Below are positions 63,001 to 64,000 of a DNA stretch of 64,000 bases, piece by piece. Within the stretch, counting starts at the first letter, position 1; each line of letters begins with the position of its first letter. The translations under genes were made by a program, and so were the position numbers. The notes under the pieces were generated by a model that was not told the origin of the DNA, did no database searches, and saw only the letters and a list, made by a program, of their open reading frames with translations. The stretch covers positions 2,339 through 66,338 of the forward strand of contig JBDRMG010000065.1 in assembly GCA_043812495.1 (NCBI GenBank). The letters run 5' to 3'. This DNA comes from Candidatus Omnitrophota bacterium (GTDB lineage: Bacteria; Omnitrophota; Gorgyraeia; Zapsychrales; JBDRMG01).

Positions 63001-63999
63001 ATCTTAGGAGACAAGCACTACGCCATCCATGGTCCCTACATGGCCACCATCATGAAGCTCATCGACGCCGGTCAATCCTTATCCGTTCAGGTTCACCCGG
63101 CCATGGGGCATCCCACGCGTCCGGCCAAGCCGGAGATGTGGATGGTCGGTCCGGCCGGCGCAAAATTATTCCTTGGATTTAACCAAGATGTCTCTTCCGA
63201 AATCTTAAGGGAGGCTTATGAAAACGGTACTCTCGAAGATTTGCTTTATCAAATGAGCCCGAACCCGGGAGACCTTGTTGTGGTCAGCGGCGCCTTAACC
63301 CATGCCATAAGAGCCGGCACAACCATCTGGGAATGGTCACATGCGCCAACCGGAGAAGAAATCGCCAAAGGCGATATCAAGAAAGCCACCGTGGCGCCTT
63401 GGGACCGAACAGACGGCAAAAAGCCGCGACAGGGCAAGGAAGATTTAGAAGGCACCATCGAAGTCCTGGATGACGCGACCGACAGAGCGGGTATTCCGGC
63501 CTATCAGAAGATAGATTTGAGCAAGGTCTACAGCCAAAGAAAAACAAAATATTCCGACAATAGCGGTAACAAAATTGACAGGCTCTTCACGACGACAGAG
63601 GTTGTTGTGGATGAGATAACCGTCACTGCTGCTTTGGATCAAGACACCAACGGCAACGGCTATCCGATCTTTATTCTCGAAGGTTCCCTTGAAATCCGCG
63701 CTCCGGACAATACATTAGTTGCGACGTTAAAGAAAAATGACTGCGTTCTTATCCCCGCCTATTTAGAAAAACATATCTTCATCAATAAATCCTCTAAGCC
63801 TTCCAAGATTGTCAAGTGGTATGCGCCCATAGGTCCTTCAGCTGTCTTTTCTCCTGCGATTAATGAATGTCTTGATATGAGTTCATCTGATTTCAAAAAT
63901 GAATTATTGAAGAAACAAATGATAGGTTGGGGAGAGTTATTTCTTGGAATTGCTTTCATTGCCTGCTTGATATGGGCACCTTCTTTTGAAAATGGAACT
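1..63999 (+). CDS. Giant multidomain membrane protein, partial at both ends (>21,300 aa in window)
   Basis: Frame +1 translates to recognisable domains throughout. The ORF track lists no frame +1 ORF (every + ORF starts at 0 or 2 mod 3), as expected if there is no stop. I translated 8341-9060, 17881-18075, 21841-22200 and 43261-43800 codon by codon and found no stop. Confidence 0.93.
199..831 (+). repeat. TPR array within giant ORF (6 full 34-aa units plus a partial one)
   Basis: 102-nt period with units at 199, 301, 403, 505, 607, 709, 811; consensus AWxNRGxALxxLGRYxEAIASYDxAxxYKPD. Confidence 0.95.
1765..2130 (+). other. JAB/MPN-like metalloenzyme domain of giant ORF
   Basis: ELGG (1822) ... 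WHIHP (1933-1947) ... SIED (1996-2007) fits the E...HxH...SxxD pattern. Confidence 0.55.
2749..2910 (+). other. MraZ/AbrB-SpoVT-like domain of giant ORF
   Basis: HIDYRKKLIMPRELFRESGIKFQEQVVFVNAG..ELRIYSKRDW resembles the MraZ repeat (D..GRI.IP..LR..AG...EVV.VG...IEIWS...W). Confidence 0.5.
3121..4500 (+). other. GT-C (ArnT/PMT_2-like) membrane glycosyltransferase domain of giant ORF
   Basis: TM-RVINLNYNGPFIDE, then ARFVTALFGTLTAGFVY and roughly ten further hydrophobic helices. Confidence 0.75.
4639..5470 (+). other. TraB/Tiki/ChaN/EreA-like domain of giant ORF
   Basis: Ordered motifs PHLH, RIGVE, IIGVES, NERD, ILIVRGEGH. Confidence 0.5.
7075..7353 (+). other. T9SS C-terminal-sorting/FlgD-Ig-like domain, internal in giant ORF
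   Basis: LHQNYANPF..TTIEYEL...IEIFNILGQKV...GIHEIRWDGKDGNG..ASGIYFYRLKV...SKKAMLI. Confidence 0.85.
8194..8284. repeat. REP-like palindrome cluster GGGACAGGTCCC/GGGACCTGTCCC, copy 1
   Basis: 12-mers at 8194, 8236 and 8271; 8236-8284 is identical to 13921-13969. It lies just downstream of the antisense PIN gene. Confidence 0.8.
8343..8765 (-). CDS. PIN-domain (VapC-like, PIN_3-type) toxin, nested antisense to giant ORF
   Basis: 140 aa; KAVVDTNIVVSGLL ... EFVEV ... DPSDDKFLHAA ... IVSGDRHLL carries the acidic PIN residues; overlaps the upstream gene by 20 nt. Confidence 0.92.
   Translation of the reverse strand: MLKAVVDTNIVVSGLLKPYSHCGKILDKLSQETFTLVLSDRIFDEFVEVINRPKFEKIIPKATVLKIAETIKDQAFFVEPLRRDPIVKADPSDDKFLHAAREGGVDCIVSGDRHLLSLGNFGKIPILPAAEFLKVLGKSR
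8746..8985 (-). CDS. Putative antitoxin (79 aa), nested antisense to giant ORF
   Basis: Small basic helical protein directly upstream of and overlapping the PIN gene; C-terminal SQKEINDEIKAYR; GGAGGAG Shine-Dalgarno (9000-8994) before the GTG at 8985. Confidence 0.8.
   Translation of the reverse strand: MIKYSMNISEKEVEKIVDRMPKRFKLKLARKLNNETFRERWQGIFKDIRKRLRRHLVSQKEINDEIKAYRQDQYAQGRC
9010..9038 (-). promoter_or_regulatory. Sigma70-type promoter of nested TA operon
   Basis: Minus strand TTGACA (9038-9033), 17-nt spacer, TATACT (9015-9010), followed by the SD and start codon. Confidence 0.85.
9790..9954 (+). other. LysM domain of giant ORF (its C-terminal 72 nt are duplicated at 9407-9478)
   Basis: YVIKSGDTLTEI...IAENNGITDPNLIYPQDTIQM; 9884-9955 is identical to 9407-9478. 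Confidence 0.85.
10324..10509 (+). other. Divergent LysM-like domain of giant ORF
   Basis: VNVESGDTWGHI...LW...DMDHIRTGETIDL, following a signal-peptide-like segment. Confidence 0.55.
11061..11457 (+). repeat. In-frame tandem repeat, 3 units (123/141/123 nt), acidic low-complexity linker
   Basis: Units start at 11061, 11184, 11325 (fourth start at 11448); EAAVVAGSQEASQTVEPADTQAVxxEGTE. Confidence 0.9.
13879..13969. repeat. REP-like palindrome cluster GGGACAGGTCCC, copy 2
   Basis: 12-mers at 13879, 13921 and 13956. Confidence 0.8.
14305..14463 (+). other. FHA domain of giant ORF
   Basis: IHVGGR ... DKTVSSRHLAV ... LTDLGSENGTFI (GR, SxxH and SxNGT motifs). Confidence 0.88.
15385..15780 (+). 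other. CheD/CNF1-like deamidase-fold domain of giant ORF
   Basis: NMCKVIVAID...VVFGHL (Cys 15457, His 15508). Confidence 0.5.
16480..16830 (+). other. Transglutaminase/papain-like Cys-His-Asp domain of giant ORF
   Basis: YICETACALAIMALEEIG ... GGHVAVLW ... GIFDLTQG. Confidence 0.6.
17906..18073. repeat. Inverted heptamer array, (TAGCGTT)n ... (CTATCCG/CTATCTC)n, read through in frame
   Basis: 7-nt periodic units; left arm 17906-17956 is partly complementary to right arm 17966-18073. Confidence 0.85.
19540..19950 (+). other. HExxH zinc metallopeptidase-like domain of giant ORF
   Basis: LSHETTHVLQ (His 19684) with downstream DETFA as candidate third ligand; preceded by a signal-like segment ending PAQAQA. 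Confidence 0.6.
21742..21802. terminator. Long hairpin downstream of nested antisense gene, possibly a bidirectional terminator
   Basis: AGGCCGTTGG/CCAACGGCCT, CAGTCG/CGACTG and TTCCT/AGGAA nested stems; T-rich flank on + strand (CTTCTTTATTT). Confidence 0.5.
21840..22160 (-). CDS. Small coiled-coil hypothetical protein (106 aa), nested antisense to giant ORF
   Basis: MKIKGNKTTKPLKEFSKDREFAVVLEKIHTDMRAIAEGQ...RLTHLEAVK has natural amphipathic composition. ATG at 22160 lies 10 nt after a -10 box; the TTG start in the ORF track is the -35 box. Confidence 0.75.
   Translation of the reverse strand: MKIKGNKTTKPLKEFSKDREFAVVLEKIHTDMRAIAEGQSILRDKLDATMGMVARNAEDITTISLRSSFMKEELTKINGKLAKMEEDIRTIKEDFGKRLTHLEAVK
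22171..22199 (-). promoter_or_regulatory. Sigma70-type promoter of nested coiled-coil gene (probably leaderless mRNA)
   Basis: Minus strand TTGACA (22199-22194), 17-nt spacer, TAAAAT (22176-22171); no SD before the ATG. Confidence 0.75.
22262..22310. repeat. Heptamer array (RCGTCTC)n
   Basis: gcgtctc acgtctc gcgtcta acgtctc acatcct acgtctc gcgtcct. Confidence 0.75.
22500..22640. repeat. ~140-nt structured element, copy A (copy B at 57056-57196)
   Basis: Outer CCCGA/TCGGG arms; 17-bp stem 22529-22545/22600-22616; loop motif TCCGTGGCTGG. Confidence 0.75.
27397..27795 (+). other. M23 family metallopeptidase domain of giant ORF
   Basis: HKGID (HxxxD, 27445), YGNVI, IAHV, GDIVKTGQVL, HIHVEI (HxH, 27745), VDP. 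Confidence 0.9.
27990..29270 (+). other. Probable outer-membrane beta-barrel region of giant ORF
   Basis: About 430 aa rich in G/Y/F/N/D with alternating hydrophobic strands (YNLGAEY, FNFNWDV, YNAQAKF, RFEWAP, FHVGFNFD). Confidence 0.45.
41880..44490 (+). other. Processive glucan-synthase domain, FKS/callose synthase (GT48)-like, with flanking TM helices
   Basis: SFTKQVSGFGE; SYPNEYKIVVERL; IEEWVNLNLQSGY; RGEIVMALDWDH; DIFTRPISS; FYGK; VQEDAMG...RG...IKIFKG; LRKW; TM bundles on both sides. Confidence 0.7.
44800..45125 (+). repeat. ~110-aa inter-domain repeat, copy 1 of 3
   Basis: KPRLGFTEDDVV...KAVLDYYE...RLSGHMVREGPMTTAFGANLxGYxLIATNDNPNP...HENNNGTH; other copies at 47971 and 56398. Confidence 0.92.
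45151..46770 (+). other. glgA: Glycogen/starch synthase (GT5) domain of giant ORF
   Basis: EVAPFSKSGGLGDV, HTHDWQT, TIHNLRFQG, TTVSPNY, GILNGLD, GRITVQKG, MPSTYEPCGLTQL, TGGLADTV, DFSW. Confidence 0.96.
47461..47760 (+). other. P-loop kinase-like domain of giant ORF
   Basis: MIAVGGNMVSSGKTHIG (Walker A-like) followed by FIDQD. Confidence 0.5.
47971..48296 (+). repeat. ~110-aa inter-domain repeat, copy 2 of 3
   Basis: High nucleotide similarity to 44800-45125. Confidence 0.92.
48385..50310 (+). other. Fkp-like (fucose-1-phosphate guanylyltransferase/fucokinase N-terminal) nucleotidyltransferase domain
   Basis: LILTA...Q...ADP..G...GNGLA; LHGGGSSSRNP..TQIGK...LP; NGD; FKEKP; NDLPK; LLFAKLFP. 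Confidence 0.7.
51544..52760 (+). other. Glucosylglycerate/mannosylglycerate-synthase-like GT-A domain
   Basis: DIVIGINAHNEVDNITHVV..LKQGL..YPG; RGK; IDADI; YAR..DGGIT; QPVGGEFAFS; WAQTIY. Confidence 0.78.
53770..55300 (+). other. GT2-like (GT-A) domain
   Basis: TTATINR, VIIDDS, SGVRN, IMSMDDD, later RFEE. Confidence 0.55.
56398..56745 (+). repeat. ~110-aa inter-domain repeat, copy 3 of 3
   Basis: KPRLGYTEEDVV...KAVLDYYE...MVREGPMTTAFGANLNGYILIATNDNPNP...HENHGKSH. Confidence 0.9.
57056..57196. repeat. ~140-nt structured element, copy B
   Basis: Stem 57085-57101/57156-57172; loop TCCGTGGCTGG; homologous to 22500-22640. Confidence 0.75.
57895..59330 (+). other. GT2-like (GT-A) domain
   Basis: YVPTFDRPDTLHRVL, IHDDS, AGVR, ASIDDD, later RREE. 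Confidence 0.65.
60469..62080 (+). other. Sugar-1-phosphate nucleotidyltransferase-like domain with C-terminal beta-helix (GlgC/Fkp-like)
   Basis: FVFGSGSRSTPFT...QKPA; KWGDE; YWADIG; hexapeptide-like VTNSILI/VKNSVLI. Confidence 0.65.
62155..62690 (+). other. Arginase/deacetylase-fold (UPF0489-like) domain
   Basis: IISDH, IFNFDEHDD, GCW, ITVCYDFFS, LAYSPGY. Confidence 0.55.
62791..63825 (+). other. manA: Type I phosphomannose isomerase (cupin) domain
   Basis: YTWG, VGELW, KLIDA..LSVQVHP, KPEMW, PGD...THAI. Confidence 0.9.
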
Positions 64000-64000
64000 A

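Noticed and set aside
957-63959. The many other short ORFs in the track (e.g. 27862-28560, 48606-49217, 28813-29361)
   Set aside because: They are antisense or off-frame shadows of the giant ORF, with atypical composition, no recognisable motifs and no promoter or RBS that I could see.
1-63999. Stop-codon reassignment as the explanation for the long frame
   Set aside because: The frame is open under the standard code, and the nested genes end in ordinary TGA/TAA.

Overview
The whole window is one uninterrupted reading frame on the + strand (frame +1, 1..63999, >21,300 codons), open at both ends. The ORF track omits it because it has no stop, and nearly all listed ORFs are shadows of it. The product is a giant multi-pass membrane protein of the kind known from Omnitrophota (taxonomy is inference). 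From 1-25 kb, variable modules (TPR, JAB-like, MraZ-like, GT-C, TraB/ChaN-like, T9SS-CTD/FlgD, LysM, FHA, CheD-like, transglutaminase-like, HExxH) are separated by recurring transmembrane linkers, several carrying SecM-like RAGP/QGPP motifs. From 25-40 kb come an M23 peptidase, a probable beta-barrel and a ~3,600-aa unassigned region. From 40-64 kb is a carbohydrate line: an FKS/callose-synthase (GT48)-like domain, GlgA, two nucleotidyltransferase-like domains, three GT-A domains and a phosphomannose isomerase. Fully nested on the opposite strand are a PIN-family toxin-antitoxin operon and a small coiled-coil gene, each with a near-consensus sigma70 promoter. REP-like palindromes and heptamer arrays are also read through without breaking the frame. 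All domain calls come from motif recognition by eye, not from searches.
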